A stretch of DNA of 64,000 nucleotides from Mytilus trossulus (taxonomy: Eukaryota), in contig NC_086376.1 in the NCBI RefSeq assembly GCF_036588685.1, positions 13,578,001 through 13,642,000 of the forward strand. Direction: 5' to 3'. The notes under the pieces were generated by a model. The model searched no databases. It saw only the letters and a program-made list of their open reading frames with translations, and had not been told where the DNA came from. Of this stretch, positions 63,953 through 64,000 are shown piece by piece; within the stretch, counting starts at the first letter, position 1; each line of letters opens with the position of its first letter. The position numbers and the translations under genes were made by a program.

Positions 63953-64000
63953 TACCTTTATTTCTGTTAATTTACTTTTAGTCGACGTCGTAATTATCAC

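Overview
AT-rich eukaryotic genomic DNA. The repeat families look like those of a mytilid bivalve (inference). The left two-thirds holds one large minus-strand spliced gene for a secreted or membrane scavenger-receptor cysteine-rich (SRCR, DMBT1-like) protein. I reconstructed 20 GT-AG exons with compatible phases: a signal-peptide exon at 43276-43372, then 16 complete SRCR domains and the start of a 17th (>=1774 aa). The domains follow a 3-domain super-repeat. Its introns carry a 4.4-kb 77-bp tandem array derived from a dispersed repeat, a non-autonomous Helitron, several MITEs with clean TIRs/TSDs, and SINE remnants. The right third is repeat-dominated: a decayed DEDDh exonuclease plus a transposase-like relic, an intact-looking minimal hammerhead ribozyme, a Helentron/pearl-like element, a CACTA-like element, Penelope-like RT fragments, and a full-length but disabled RTE-type LINE whose 5' UTR fits an HDV-like ribozyme fold. 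No prokaryotic system or CRISPR array is present, and I found no clearly new system; the best leads are the SRCR super-repeat, the satellite origin and the two ribozymes.
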